Of a DNA stretch of 64,000 nucleotides, positions 54,083 through 63,877 are shown piece by piece. Made by a program: the position numbers and the translations under genes. Below the pieces are notes generated by a model, which saw nothing but the letters and a program-made list of their open reading frames with translations, was not told where the DNA came from and did no database searches. Each line of letters opens with the position of its first letter. Position 1 is the first letter of the stretch. Source of the stretch: a virus; the IMG/VR virus record IMGVR_UViG_3300044645_002359, positions 22,355 through 86,354 of that record. One strand, 5' to 3'.

Positions 54083-54391
54083 ATGCTATCCCCGAATACA
54101 AGGCTACGGTTAGAAAACATTGCAGATAGGATTTCAAAAAACGAAGAGGTTTCATTCGAAGAAGCCTCGTTCATTCAAAAATGGGCGAACCATAACCGTC
54201 ACGCTTATGAGATCCTTCAGAGGGCTAGGCGGAGGGCAATATCGGGGGAGCCTGAGCCGGGGTCGCTTGACGATCTTATCGACGGTATGAACCTCGGCTT
54301 TGCAGATCCCTCCTCTCACCTAATCGGTCCTCAATCTCCAGACGACCTTGCAAACTTTTTCAAAGCACCACCCTGGCTCAAAAATGACTGA
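54083..54391 (+). CDS. hypothetical protein (102 aa)
   Basis: ORF. Confidence 0.4.
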   Translation: MLSPNTRLRLENIADRISKNEEVSFEEASFIQKWANHNRHAYEILQRARRRAISGEPEPGSLDDLIDGMNLGFADPSSHLIGPQSPDDLANFFKAPPWLKND

Positions 54392-54614
54392 TAAACTCCC
54401 TGAAGAAAGCCTTGAGCTGTACGACGATTGCTTTCACGTGAAAGAAAGTGCGTGTAAAACTTGGAATTCTTGTCAGACTGATGGAACCAAACTAGTCACT
54501 TCATTGTCAAAACAACTTTGCATTAACGCCACCCGCTTCTACCTGAAAAATAAACAGGAAACATCCTTAGAAAATGTCAGAACTTACGAAGGAACGGTCG
54601 GAGGGAAACTTTGA
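54384..54614 (+). CDS. hypothetical protein (76 aa)
   Basis: ATGA-coupled. Confidence 0.35.
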   Translation: MTDKLPEESLELYDDCFHVKESACKTWNSCQTDGTKLVTSLSKQLCINATRFYLKNKQETSLENVRTYEGTVGGKL

Positions 54615-54759
54615 CTGCCGAGAGTAAACTGGAAACCTTGGACCCCTTAACTCCTTGGTACGAGTTTCTTTCATACTGCGAAGTTTGTCGGAGTCTGGGT
54701 GTGACTCCTTCAGTGGGCCGTTTCACTCGCTATCAAAACTACCTGAAGACAATCAAACA

Positions 54760-55704
54760 ATGACAAACGAACTAACCAGCCCCATGTTAGATAGAGCCAA
54801 AGGCTGCTTAATCGGACTCGCAATCGGCGATGCCTTGGGTGCGCCAGTAGAATTTGGCAGTTACGGGTCTTTTGACCCTGTTGTTGGGTTCAGGGATGGA
54901 GGACCATTCAACCTTAAAGCGGGCCAATGGACCGATGATACTTCTCAGGCTTTGTGCTTGGCCGACTCCATTCTGTCCAACAAAGGGTTTAGCCAAGGCG
55001 ACTTCCTAAACAGGATGATTAATTGGAAGCAGTATGGACACAACAGCAGTACTGGGAAGTGTTTTGACATTGGAATCGGAACGGCCCATGCTCTCCAGTC
55101 TTATAGCAGCACAGGCAAGGTGCCAGTGAATACAAATTCAGGTGGTAACGGAAACATAATGAGGCTCGCACCGGTTGCTATAGCTTTCTTTAGGGATAAC
55201 TACAAAACCCAAGAGATTGCCAGCCTGTCGAGTCTAACTACCCATGGCCACATTTCAGCATTAACTTGCGCGGACTTCCTCAGTGTGATGCTAAGGTCTT
55301 ATATCGTAAGTAGTGATTGCGAAGGGGACATTACATATAACTGTCAAACTAACGAGGAAACTTATGAAATTGACCTGTGTAGTGTGACTCTGGAAAGAAT
55401 AGCGAATGCTGTGACTTCTGAGGAAAGTGAGTGGCATAATGTAAGCGGATTCTCAACCGACACTTTGTGTGCAGCTTTGTATTGTTTCTTCAACACGGAG
55501 TCCTTTGAAGAATGTGTATTGGCTGCGGTAAACCTTGGCGGAGACGCGGATAGCGTAGGCGCCGTAGCTGGACAAATTGCAGGAGCTTACTACGGGCTTT
55601 CCGGTATACCTCAAAGATTCATTGTTGGATTGCAGGACAGCGATAAGTTTCTGAATTTGGCAGAACAATTATTTAACTTGTATCGAAACAAAGATGAAAA
55701 CTAA
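54760..55704 (+). CDS. ADP-ribosylglycohydrolase (ARH/DraG family)
   Basis: LDRAKGCLIGLAIGDALGAPVEF…GQWTDDTSQAL is the ARH signature. Confidence 0.75.
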   Translation: MTNELTSPMLDRAKGCLIGLAIGDALGAPVEFGSYGSFDPVVGFRDGGPFNLKAGQWTDDTSQALCLADSILSNKGFSQGDFLNRMINWKQYGHNSSTGKCFDIGIGTAHALQSYSSTGKVPVNTNSGGNGNIMRLAPVAIAFFRDNYKTQEIASLSSLTTHGHISALTCADFLSVMLRSYIVSSDCEGDITYNCQTNEETYEIDLCSVTLERIANAVTSEESEWHNVSGFSTDTLCAALYCFFNTESFEECVLAAVNLGGDADSVGAVAGQIAGAYYGLSGIPQRFIVGLQDSDKFLNLAEQLFNLYRNKDEN

Positions 55705-56371
55705 AGCGGAAAAGGGCAAATTCATTGCCTTTGAAGGAATAGATGGATGCGGAAAGACAACTCAACTGGCAAGTATCGCCGATTGGCTGTGGTCAAGTGG
55801 ATTACTGCCGGAAGGGACTCACGTTGTAGAAACCAGAGAACCCGGTTGTTTGTCACAAGTTAGAGCCCTACTTAAAGATCCTGACACTACGTTGACTCCG
55901 AGAGCCGAACTCCTATTGTTAATGGCTGATCGAGCCCAACATGTAGAAACTGTAATTAAGCCCGAACTCGAAAGGGGCAATTGGGTACTATGCGATCGGT
56001 TCTACACCAGCACCATGGCATATCAAGGTTGGGGAAGAGCCCTAGGGTGGCAGGCTGTTAAGCAAGCCCACGAACTCGCTTGTGGTTTGTTTTATCCAGA
56101 CTTTGAGATCTACTTCGATGTCCCTGCTGATGAAGCTGCTTTGAGGATTGAAAGGAGGAATAAGCAACTGAGACGGGAGCATGGAAGGAACTTTGAGGTT
56201 AAAGACCGTTTTGAGGCACAGGGGTCCTCATTTATGAACAGGGTAATTGAGGGGTTCGATAATGCGATTAAGCTCCCTTTCCTTAAAGAGTACTCTCACG
56301 TTACGATCGACGGGTGTCGCAAACCTGAAGAGGTTACTGCCGAGTGCATTGAGAAAATTTCGAGGCTATGA
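55694..56371 (+). CDS. tmk: thymidylate kinase
   Basis: FIAFEGIDGCGKTTQ P-loop and DRF…S motif. Confidence 0.75.
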   Translation: MKTKAEKGKFIAFEGIDGCGKTTQLASIADWLWSSGLLPEGTHVVETREPGCLSQVRALLKDPDTTLTPRAELLLLMADRAQHVETVIKPELERGNWVLCDRFYTSTMAYQGWGRALGWQAVKQAHELACGLFYPDFEIYFDVPADEAALRIERRNKQLRREHGRNFEVKDRFEAQGSSFMNRVIEGFDNAIKLPFLKEYSHVTIDGCRKPEEVTAECIEKISRL

Positions 56372-56730
56372 AACCTTTTCTACATGGGCGAAAACACGCC
56401 AAGAAGTACGGTGGGTCACCAGATGATTATGCCGACATCGACGACTTCATTGACAGCAGCAAGATCGCGTTTCCCGACATACGCCACCGTGCTTTATTGC
56501 ATTCTTCTTTCGGCTGTTTCGTCGTCGAGCAAATGTTCGGACGCACTCGTGTAAACTCTGCGGGGTTTACTTACTCTCCGCGAGACATTGCCGAAGACCA
56601 TATAATTCAAGACCTAGGGTTTATCCCCACAGTCGAGAAATACTTGAACAACATGGAAATTCAGCCGTGGATGTCAGGTACCAACAAATCACCAAACAAA
56701 CAAAACAAATTCATTCCGATCGGAGACTAA
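56368..56730 (+). CDS. hypothetical protein (120 aa)
   Basis: ATGA overlap. Confidence 0.4.
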   Translation: MKPFLHGRKHAKKYGGSPDDYADIDDFIDSSKIAFPDIRHRALLHSSFGCFVVEQMFGRTRVNSAGFTYSPRDIAEDHIIQDLGFIPTVEKYLNNMEIQPWMSGTNKSPNKQNKFIPIGD

Positions 56731-56733
56731 ACC

Positions 56734-57210
56734 ATGTCACAATCCCTTGACTCTCTCATTCAAGACTTCATCTCTTACCAAGAGCAATTCGGGAAGGTAG
56801 CTACGGAAAAACTCAAAGAATTCTTCGTAGAATTCTGGGAAAAGAACCCTGCCATCAAAGCCGTAACTTGGAATCAATACGCACCTTACTTCAACGACGG
56901 AGATCCTTGTGAGTTTAGTGTAAATGACCCTTACTTCACGAACGCTGAAGGAGAAGACCTTGAGGAAATCACCCGGTGGGGTGAATACGAAGGGGAAAAA
57001 GAGGATATCTGGTCCGAGTACTCGTTCTCAGGTCGATACGGTGCTGTCGCACCTGAAGGAGTAGACCCCGTCTCAACAGACTCTCTTTCGACTCTTTTGA
57101 CCTCTGAGGTGATGGAATCAATCATGAAGACAACCTTCGGGTCAGACAACACCGTAATTGCAACACGAGAAGGGTTTCAGGTGGAGGACTTTTCGGGAGG
57201 GCATGACTGA
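56734..57210 (+). CDS. hypothetical acidic protein (158 aa)
   Basis: ORF. Confidence 0.4.
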   Translation: MSQSLDSLIQDFISYQEQFGKVATEKLKEFFVEFWEKNPAIKAVTWNQYAPYFNDGDPCEFSVNDPYFTNAEGEDLEEITRWGEYEGEKEDIWSEYSFSGRYGAVAPEGVDPVSTDSLSTLLTSEVMESIMKTTFGSDNTVIATREGFQVEDFSGGHD

Positions 57211-57237
57211 ACTTTCCAAGAGATAGGTTAAAAAAAA

Positions 57238-57303
57238 GGGGGGTTAACCGAACCGAAACGGTCGGTCTCCGCCCTTGTTTTCGCTCCGAGAAAACGCTAT
57301 AGT
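57238..57303 (+). promoter_or_regulatory. hairpin-promoter cassette copy 19
   Basis: GGGGGGTTAACCGAACCGaaacGGTCGGTCTCCGCCC; -35 TTGTTT; spacer TCGCTCCGAGAAAA; -10 TATAGT; ATG at 57310. Confidence 0.55.
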
Positions 57304-57309
57304 AAGAGC

Positions 57310-57915
57310 ATGGAACTCAAGTCTACCCTCTCCTCCTCGTTCTTCCGTCGGTTCTGCCCCGACCCCACCGTGATGTATGATCTTGGCGATCTCCACGCTG
57401 AGTTAAACGCTCGCTTCTTCAACGGTGAACTGCCTGTCCTTCCTTCCGACACTTACTCCGACAAGAACGGCGAGACTCGCACTCGCTTCGGCACCCTAAA
57501 GTGGGATGGCCGCATGGGACAGCGCACTCTGGGCACCTACAAGGCTTCGGCTCGCCGTGGACACGGAACCATCCGCCTGGCCCGCTCGATCGCCTCGGAC
57601 CCTGTGAAGACCCGCAGCGTTCTTCTGCACGAGATGCTCCACAAGTACCTTGACTTCAAAGGTATGGACGACGGTATTCTCGGACACGGCGAGAATTTCG
57701 TCACCGAAGCGAAACGCATCAATGAAAGCTGTCAAGCCGCTGGAGTTGACTACCGTATTCACTTCTACGATGAAGAAGTTACCAAGGACGAACCCTTCGT
57801 GATTTCCGAACTTGCTAAGAAAGAGATCTACTGCGGTAAAGACCTCGATGTAGCTCGCAACATGCAGGCTATTATGAGGGCAGCGTTCGACCAAAAGTTC
57901 GAATACTTCCAGTGA
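57310..57915 (+). CDS. HExxH zinc-metallopeptidase-like protein (SprT/Wss1-like)
   Basis: LLHEMLHKYLD motif in a 201-aa protein. Confidence 0.4.
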   Translation: MELKSTLSSSFFRRFCPDPTVMYDLGDLHAELNARFFNGELPVLPSDTYSDKNGETRTRFGTLKWDGRMGQRTLGTYKASARRGHGTIRLARSIASDPVKTRSVLLHEMLHKYLDFKGMDDGILGHGENFVTEAKRINESCQAAGVDYRIHFYDEEVTKDEPFVISELAKKEIYCGKDLDVARNMQAIMRAAFDQKFEYFQ

Positions 57916-57954
57916 GACCTTCGGGTCTCTTTTTATTTCACCTTGAGACAGTAA

Positions 57955-58317
57955 ATGAAACCTACACAAGAACAATTAAACGAATGGGCAGAGTGCTACT
58001 TTTCGTCTGGCGCCGGCATGTCTACTATTCGAGAAACCATTATGCCAAACTTAGTTCAAAATGTTGTAGAGTGGGCCACCGAAGAGATTGCACAGGTGTT
58101 CGATAGAAAAGAACAAGCAGGAGCGAAAGGTTACGGACCGAGTGTGCCAGCTAAGATAGTACGAGAGTTAGGAGCCCCTGCTGGGTTAACCCTGAAAGAA
58201 ATGTCTCTTCGTGCTCTTGAGGACTTGGTCCCCTTGGACCAAAGAAGAGGGAATTCTTACAAACTACTTGAAACAGTTCTGTCGAACATTCCTGAATCAC
58301 CAACCAACATCAGGTGA
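57955..58317 (+). CDS. hypothetical protein (120 aa)
   Basis: ORF. Confidence 0.4.
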   Translation: MKPTQEQLNEWAECYFSSGAGMSTIRETIMPNLVQNVVEWATEEIAQVFDRKEQAGAKGYGPSVPAKIVRELGAPAGLTLKEMSLRALEDLVPLDQRRGNSYKLLETVLSNIPESPTNIR

Positions 58318-58371
58318 AAGGGTGGGTAAATCTACTCTAGTTGGACACTGTTATACCAACCTACATACGAA

Positions 58372-59859
58372 ATGACTATGGCAATAGAAAGTACAAAGCA
58401 AGCCGCTGCGGCAGTCTGCGATAAAAATACCAAATGCGACAATAGCTGCTCCGTTGGTGAAACCGTTGTCTGTGACTTACGCTCTCGCTCTGCCCCACGC
58501 AGAATTGACCTCGATACACTTTACAAGTGCGACCCGAAAGATTACATCGGTTACTTCGCTGACGATTCCTCCTACGACAATCTTATTCAAGAAGACTGCG
58601 ACGTTTACGTTGCCGGTGTCAAAGTTGTCGCTTTTCGTAAGTCCCTGTTCCCAAAACTGAAGGAAGGTTCCAAGGGCGACCCAAAGACTTGGGAATACTT
58701 CCGCTGGGCAGCCCGCGATCTGTATTCTGACCAGCGCGGTCTGGTTGCCGGTCGGGAACTTACAACCGATCTCGAAATCAGAGTAACTAATGGTATTCTA
58801 AACTTCTTCAAAAAAGCCATTGCTGGGCAAGTCACAGAAGTTGAAGAGGCTCTTAAAATTGTTGCTCTTTCTCCAGATCATGGTAAGCTTACAGTAAGAA
58901 TCACCGAAGTCAAGAAAGACTATCCGGAAATTGCCAAAGCTCTTGAGCCCATCGAAGCCGAACTTCGTAAGAAAACGACGAGCGAAGAAAGAAAAGTAGA
59001 GCTGAAGAAAGCAAAGGGAGAAGAACTTGCGAAGTGGTTCCCGACCTGGTTGACACGAACTTGGGCTAAGGCTGAAAACAAAGTAGAGGCAGCTAAGCTA
59101 GGGGACGACAGGTATATCAGCAAGCAGCTGCGTTCAAACAAGTGCTATTCTAACGTTCTTGGTGCCTTCGATAGAGGGGCAAGAAATCCTTACGGTCGCT
59201 TAACCGCTACTACTCTTAAAAACTACGACGGTTTCGTGAGTCATACAGACATCTACCAAACCGCTTGTGCCGCTCTGAAAGAAACCCTAAACACACAAGA
59301 AAACCCCCGTTGGGATCGTCTTCACGACCGCTTCGGTAACGTGAAAGATCCACATTATAACCTTTTCGGTACGGTATTTACCGCCCTCACCTTAAACTGG
59401 AATTTCCGCTGTGCTATGCACTATGACGGGAACAATTGCGAAGGCGGTATTGCCGTTCTTACCGCAATGACTCAAGGCGAGTACGAAGGTCATTACCTTG
59501 TATTCCCAGAAATCCGGTGCGCCTTTGATCTTCGTGACGGGGACTTTATTGCAGGTGACAACCAGGGTTTGATTCATGGCAACACCGCTATGATTCCAAA
59601 GACTCCTGATGCGGAAAGAGTATCCTTCGTTTTCTATTCTCGCGAGCGTATGACCTTGCTTGATGACATGGAGTGCGAGGACTGCCGCCGCGATTTCATG
59701 AAATACGCAGCTGAGAACTACACTCAGTACGGTAAAGGTCACAAAACCTGGAATGGTGTGTGGCAGGGAATGTGGAAGTCTTCGGAATGGATGGACTTCA
59801 AAGAACTTAACGGTGCGGAGCGTTGCTCAAACACCAACTACTGGGGAACTGAAAATTAA
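58372..59859 (+). CDS. two-domain protein: unknown N-domain plus 2OG-Fe(II) dioxygenase-like double-stranded beta-helix (DSBH) domain (HxD…H…RxS); fused version of 60571 plus 61062
   Basis: MHYDGNN…LIHGN…RVSFVFYSRE facial triad with a 2OG-binding Arg-x-Ser; paralogous over its full length to the two following split ORFs. Confidence 0.5.
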   Translation: MTMAIESTKQAAAAVCDKNTKCDNSCSVGETVVCDLRSRSAPRRIDLDTLYKCDPKDYIGYFADDSSYDNLIQEDCDVYVAGVKVVAFRKSLFPKLKEGSKGDPKTWEYFRWAARDLYSDQRGLVAGRELTTDLEIRVTNGILNFFKKAIAGQVTEVEEALKIVALSPDHGKLTVRITEVKKDYPEIAKALEPIEAELRKKTTSEERKVELKKAKGEELAKWFPTWLTRTWAKAENKVEAAKLGDDRYISKQLRSNKCYSNVLGAFDRGARNPYGRLTATTLKNYDGFVSHTDIYQTACAALKETLNTQENPRWDRLHDRFGNVKDPHYNLFGTVFTALTLNWNFRCAMHYDGNNCEGGIAVLTAMTQGEYEGHYLVFPEIRCAFDLRDGDFIAGDNQGLIHGNTAMIPKTPDAERVSFVFYSRERMTLLDDMECEDCRRDFMKYAAENYTQYGKGHKTWNGVWQGMWKSSEWMDFKELNGAERCSNTNYWGTEN

Positions 59860-59883
59860 CCCTTAGGTCGGTTACCGGAGCGG

Positions 59884-59922
59884 AGTAGATTCAAATTTAC
59901 TCTGCTTTTATCCAGCTATATT
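59884..59922 (+). terminator. rho-independent terminator (GGAGTAGAttcaaattTACTCTGC plus TTTTAT)
   Basis: Stem-loop followed by a T-tract. Confidence 0.5.
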
Positions 59923-59947
59923 AGAACTGAAGTTTACCAAGAGAGAA

Positions 59948-60172
59948 ATGACAAACTTTGACGACCTCTTTGAAGCAGTAGAATCTTCTTCATACGACTT
60001 GTCCAGAAACCTGGACACCATACGTTATGAAATTGAAGGTCTCACTAGGGAATATGAGGAACTACTTAATCTGTTGCAAGTTTCTGACCATCAGTCAGCG
60101 GTAGAAGCAATTATTTCTCTTAAGTCTAAACGAGATCTTACTGCACCTCGGAGAGGATCGGAAACGCTTTAA
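59948..60172 (+). CDS. hypothetical protein (74 aa)
   Basis: ORF. Confidence 0.4.
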   Translation: MTNFDDLFEAVESSSYDLSRNLDTIRYEIEGLTREYEELLNLLQVSDHQSAVEAIISLKSKRDLTAPRRGSETL

Positions 60173-60262
60173 CGAAGTCCATATCAAAAGCTAATAACAC
60201 TTATAGAGACCTTGTGGATTTGAGCTAACTCTCTTTAATTTCACCACTATACGACAACAAAC

Positions 60263-60574
60263 ATGACGACTGAACCGCAAGCCGAAAGTGAAGAACAATC
60301 CTCTCAGGAAACTTTACAAACAACTGTTACTATCAATCTACCCCCAGATTTTGCAGAGGCTTTCAACTCTCTGGCAGAACGCGAAGGACTATCTCAAGAT
60401 GCGCTGGTTATGCGCTCTCTTGGCCTTTACTCCGTAGCATCGCAAGCTGAGAAGGGGGGTTACGCTTTGTCTTTCACCCGGATTGAAGGAACCAACGACC
60501 TGACTGCCAAGGAAGCTATTCGCATCGAAGACGAGCCAGAATCTAACTTGTTTATTCCAGGCAAGAGGCAATGA
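60263..60574 (+). CDS. hypothetical protein (103 aa)
   Basis: ORF. Confidence 0.4.
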   Translation: MTTEPQAESEEQSSQETLQTTVTINLPPDFAEAFNSLAEREGLSQDALVMRSLGLYSVASQAEKGGYALSFTRIEGTNDLTAKEAIRIEDEPESNLFIPGKRQ

Positions 60575-61065
60575 TTCGAGTAGCAATAGCGAAAGAATTG
60601 CAGTCTAGAGCTGAACCATTGCGGATCGATAGGGGAACCCTTGAAAACTGCCCTCGCAGTGAATACATTGGACAATTCCCCAAGACAACAGATTATGACA
60701 CTGTCATAGACAAAGACTGTGACGTTTACGTCTCAGGTGTGAAAGTCTTGTCCTTCCGAAAAGCTCTCTTTCCAATTCTTTCCGAGGGTTCTTCCAAACA
60801 GAAAGAAACTTGGGACTTTTTCCGAGCAGCTTCAAAAGAAGTTTATGGCACCCAAAGAGGTGTCGTTGCGGGCACAGAGTTTACAACTCGTCCCGAGTCA
60901 CGCTTAACTAAAGGCCAGGTTGCTTTCTTCGCCGGTGCTTCAGTGGGTTTGATTACAACGCTTCCTCAAGCGCGAGAGGCTCTGGAAAGTTCCAACGAAC
61001 TCACTAGCAAGACTCTCAAGATCAAGTATATAAAGAAAGACTACCCAGAACTTGCGGAAAAATGA
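60571..61065 (+). CDS. N-domain paralog (split copy) of the 58372 protein
   Basis: RIDRGTLENCPRSEYIGQFP…DCDVYVSGVKVLSFRKALFP parallels RIDLDTLYKCDPKDYIGYFA…DCDVYVAGVKVVAFRKSLFP. Confidence 0.5.
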   Translation: MIRVAIAKELQSRAEPLRIDRGTLENCPRSEYIGQFPKTTDYDTVIDKDCDVYVSGVKVLSFRKALFPILSEGSSKQKETWDFFRAASKEVYGTQRGVVAGTEFTTRPESRLTKGQVAFFAGASVGLITTLPQAREALESSNELTSKTLKIKYIKKDYPELAEK

Positions 61066-62057
61066 AGCCCTTGGAGGCAGAAATTCGCACACTGAGCCCC
61101 GAAGACCCGAAACTAGAAAGTCTGAGAAACCAGAGAAGGGAACTACTTTGGTGTTGGTTTGAACCTTGGTTACTGGAAGTTTGGTTGCCCTCTGAAAACA
61201 AAGTAGAAGAAGTCAAAAAAGTTTTAAACACTTACATTAGCTCTCAGTTAAATTTCAACCATTGCTACAGTAACGTCCTGGGGGCAATTGACCGTGGGGC
61301 AAGATTCCCCTATGGTCGTTTGAGCGGAACCACTCAGAGATACTATGAGCAGTTCTCTAAATACAGAGACATTTATTACGCGGCCTGCGAAGGTTTCAGG
61401 TACAATTTTCCGGAGACCTGGAGCAAAGTTAAAGAAGTAATTTCGAAGGCTAAAGACCCTAACTACAACTTGTTCGGCACTGCCTTTACGAGCGTAACTC
61501 TAAACTTCAATTTTAAGACTGCCTACCACGTTGACAAGAACAACTTGAAAGGGGGGCTGGCTGTCTTGACTGCGTTCACAAAGGGAGACTATGAGGGCCA
61601 CTACTTAGTGTTCCCCGAAGTTAAGCTAGCTTTCAACTTGAGAGACGGGGACTTTATCGTAGGAGACACTCAAGTCCTACTTCACGGGAACAGCCCCATG
61701 ACAAAACTCACTGAGGATGCTGAGCGGGTTTCTCTGGTTTTCTACTCTCGAGAGAATATGACCCGATTGGACGATCTTGATTGTGAAGAATGCCGAAAAC
61801 AATTCATGAAGTTTTCACTTCAGTCCCTGAAGGAACGGGGCAAAGATCACAAAGACTGGAGGGGCGTGTGGCAAGGAATGTGGACTTCTCAGGAGTGGTT
61901 AGACTTTCGAAAAGAAAGAAACTTGGAACACTGTTCAAACTCCAACTGGCAGCTTTCTTCGCCTTACGAGAATGAAGTTACGAAAGAGATGAAGCTGTTT
62001 AAGGACGATCCAGGTGAGGGATGGAAACTCGTACAAGTATTTACACAAGGTCGGTAA
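61062..62057 (+). CDS. 2OG-Fe(II) dioxygenase-like (HxD…H…RxS) paralog, ATGA-coupled to 60571
   Basis: AYHVDKNN…LLHGN…[10 protein letters not shown]; about 55% identical to the C-half of 58372. Confidence 0.5.
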   Translation: MKPLEAEIRTLSPEDPKLESLRNQRRELLWCWFEPWLLEVWLPSENKVEEVKKVLNTYISSQLNFNHCYSNVLGAIDRGARFPYGRLSGTTQRYYEQFSKYRDIYYAACEGFRYNFPETWSKVKEVISKAKDPNYNLFGTAFTSVTLNFNFKTAYHVDKNNLKGGLAVLTAFTKGDYEGHYLVFPEVKLAFNLRDGDFIVGDTQVLLHGNSPMTKLTEDAERVSLVFYSRENMTRLDDLDCEECRKQFMKFSLQSLKERGKDHKDWRGVWQGMWTSQEWLDFRKERNLEHCSNSNWQLSSPYENEVTKEMKLFKDDPGEGWKLVQVFTQGR

Positions 62058-62113
62058 CCGCCCGGAAGCCTTCGGCTTCCTCCCTTGTTTCTGATCCACA
62101 TAAACGCTATGAT
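62049..62113 (+). promoter_or_regulatory. hairpin-promoter cassette copy 20
   Basis: GGTCGGTAACCGCCCGGAAGCCttcGGCTTCC; -35 TTGTTT; spacer CTGATCCACATAAA; -10 TATGAT; ATG at 62120. Confidence 0.55.
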
Positions 62114-62119
62114 TGTTGT

Positions 62120-62704
62120 ATGGAAATCTACTTTAGCACAGACGTTGAAACTGACGGGCCGATTCCCGGCCCCAACAGCATGCTCTCCCTAGGGTCAGCT
62201 GCGTTCTCCTCTTCAGGAAAGCTGCTGGCTACCTTCTCGGTGAACCTGGAGACCCTCCCCGGAGCCGAGCCGGACCCCTCTACCCAAGCGTGGTGGGAGG
62301 CCCACCCAGAGGCTTACAGAGCCTCCAGAGAAGGGACCCTGGCCCCGGACCAAGCCATGCTTGCCTTTTCACAGTGGGTCACTGCTACGGTCAGCTCGTA
62401 CACTCAAGCGACTGTTAGAAAAGTTTCTCCAGTATTCGTCGGGTTCCCTGCAGGTTTTGACTTCCTCTTCGTGTATTGGTACCTTATTAAATTCACAGGG
62501 CAATCCCCGTTCAGCTTCTCCGCACTTGACGGTAAGACCTATGCCATGGCACTTCTTAAGAAAGGCTACCGGCAATCTACAAAAAAGAACTATCCGAAGG
62601 AATGGTTCCCCCCGACTGACAAACACACTCACATTGCTGTGGAAGATGCCATCGAGCAGGGTCGTATTTTCTGTAAGATGCTGGCCGCAAATGGACAATC
62701 TTGA
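62120..62704 (+). CDS. DEDDh (DnaQ-like) 3'-5' exonuclease
   Basis: [11 protein letters not shown] (Exo I) … [10 protein letters not shown] (Exo III, H-x4-D). Confidence 0.5.
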   Translation: MEIYFSTDVETDGPIPGPNSMLSLGSAAFSSSGKLLATFSVNLETLPGAEPDPSTQAWWEAHPEAYRASREGTLAPDQAMLAFSQWVTATVSSYTQATVRKVSPVFVGFPAGFDFLFVYWYLIKFTGQSPFSFSALDGKTYAMALLKKGYRQSTKKNYPKEWFPPTDKHTHIAVEDAIEQGRIFCKMLAANGQS

Positions 62705-63038
62705 AATTTACAACCGTAAGCATAAGCTCGTGCTAGAACTGAGAGAACTAGGCGAAGAAGAAGCTGAAGATAGCCTGTTGGAGGAGTTGGACGATCTCTG
62801 GCATAAGATGAATGAATCAGACCGTCATAAGGCCCAAGCTTTCACCTATACTTTGCTTTACGGATCCTCCTTACCCCCTACAATCTCCCATTCAGAAAAG
62901 ATGAGAGAGTACTCTGGAAAAGTTAATGCATCTTTTAAGGCGCTACTGGAAGGGGATATCGAAACTAGTGATACTCTCCTAAAGGAAGTCAGATCGCTAT
63001 GGGAAGAATTAATCTCAGATGATTTCCCAGAAGAATGA
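62691..63038 (+). CDS. hypothetical protein (115 aa)
   Basis: ORF from the ATG; overlaps the upstream gene by 14 nt. Confidence 0.35.
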   Translation: MDNLEIYNRKHKLVLELRELGEEEAEDSLLEELDDLWHKMNESDRHKAQAFTYTLLYGSSLPPTISHSEKMREYSGKVNASFKALLEGDIETSDTLLKEVRSLWEELISDDFPEE

Positions 63039-63112
63039 TTGAGATCCTAGCTGCATTCATAGCCTTCGGCTTGTTCATGTTTGTATTATCTGTCCTTTAA
63101 CTCTCAACCTTA

Positions 63113-63877
63113 ATGAAAGACCCACTCTTCCTTCTCCAAGCCGGAGGCCCGCTACCCACCGAGAAAATTGCCTGCAGCTTTTCGTGTTATCCAGTGAAGT
63201 ATTGTCCTTTTTCGGATATCAAGAAGTTAGACCCCAAGGAATCCTTAACTCAACTTGTCCCAGTAGGTTCCGTAGAGTTTGTTAAAGCTTATAGTGAGCA
63301 CGTGAGCATCGAGCTTCCCAGGGACTTTTCTTATGGCATTTGCGACGGTCAACTTGACCAGTTCCTGATGAGATCTATGCGAAAGGGGACTTACGGTGAG
63401 GCAACCCTTATTGATTTTGTCAAACCCATTGAGATAAAGTTTTTCACAGGAAATGTAAAAGGGCATCTTGAAATGGAGGCACCGGGGCTCATTCCGAATG
63501 ATACTCCAGTCTGGGTTACCGAAGCCGTACCCTTCGGAGCCGAATTTCGCTTCTATATTCACGACTTCATTGGTGGTGGTAAAATCCAAGGTTGGTCTCG
63601 ATACGATGATTCAAACATGCAATGTTCAGAGCCTGACTTTGGCCTGGTTGAAGCCGTAATGAAAGAGTTGGAGTACGGGGGTGCTCCAGGTGCCTATACA
63701 ATTGACATTGGGTGGAGGCCTGATTTAGAACGCTATTGCTTAGTTGAACTCAATGATGCATGGGCATTAGGATTATACGAAAATGCAGACCCTCAATCTA
63801 ATCCACCTACCCGACAGCAGTACGCCGATATGTTGGTCTCTCGCTGGAGACAAATTCTTTTCTGCAGTTTAGTATAA
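63113..63877 (+). CDS. ATP-grasp fold protein
   Basis: EFRFYIHDFIGGG…YTIDIGW…LVELNDAWALGLY matches ATP-grasp C-terminal motifs. Confidence 0.5.
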   Translation: MKDPLFLLQAGGPLPTEKIACSFSCYPVKYCPFSDIKKLDPKESLTQLVPVGSVEFVKAYSEHVSIELPRDFSYGICDGQLDQFLMRSMRKGTYGEATLIDFVKPIEIKFFTGNVKGHLEMEAPGLIPNDTPVWVTEAVPFGAEFRFYIHDFIGGGKIQGWSRYDDSNMQCSEPDFGLVEAVMKELEYGGAPGAYTIDIGWRPDLERYCLVELNDAWALGLYENADPQSNPPTRQQYADMLVSRWRQILFCSLV

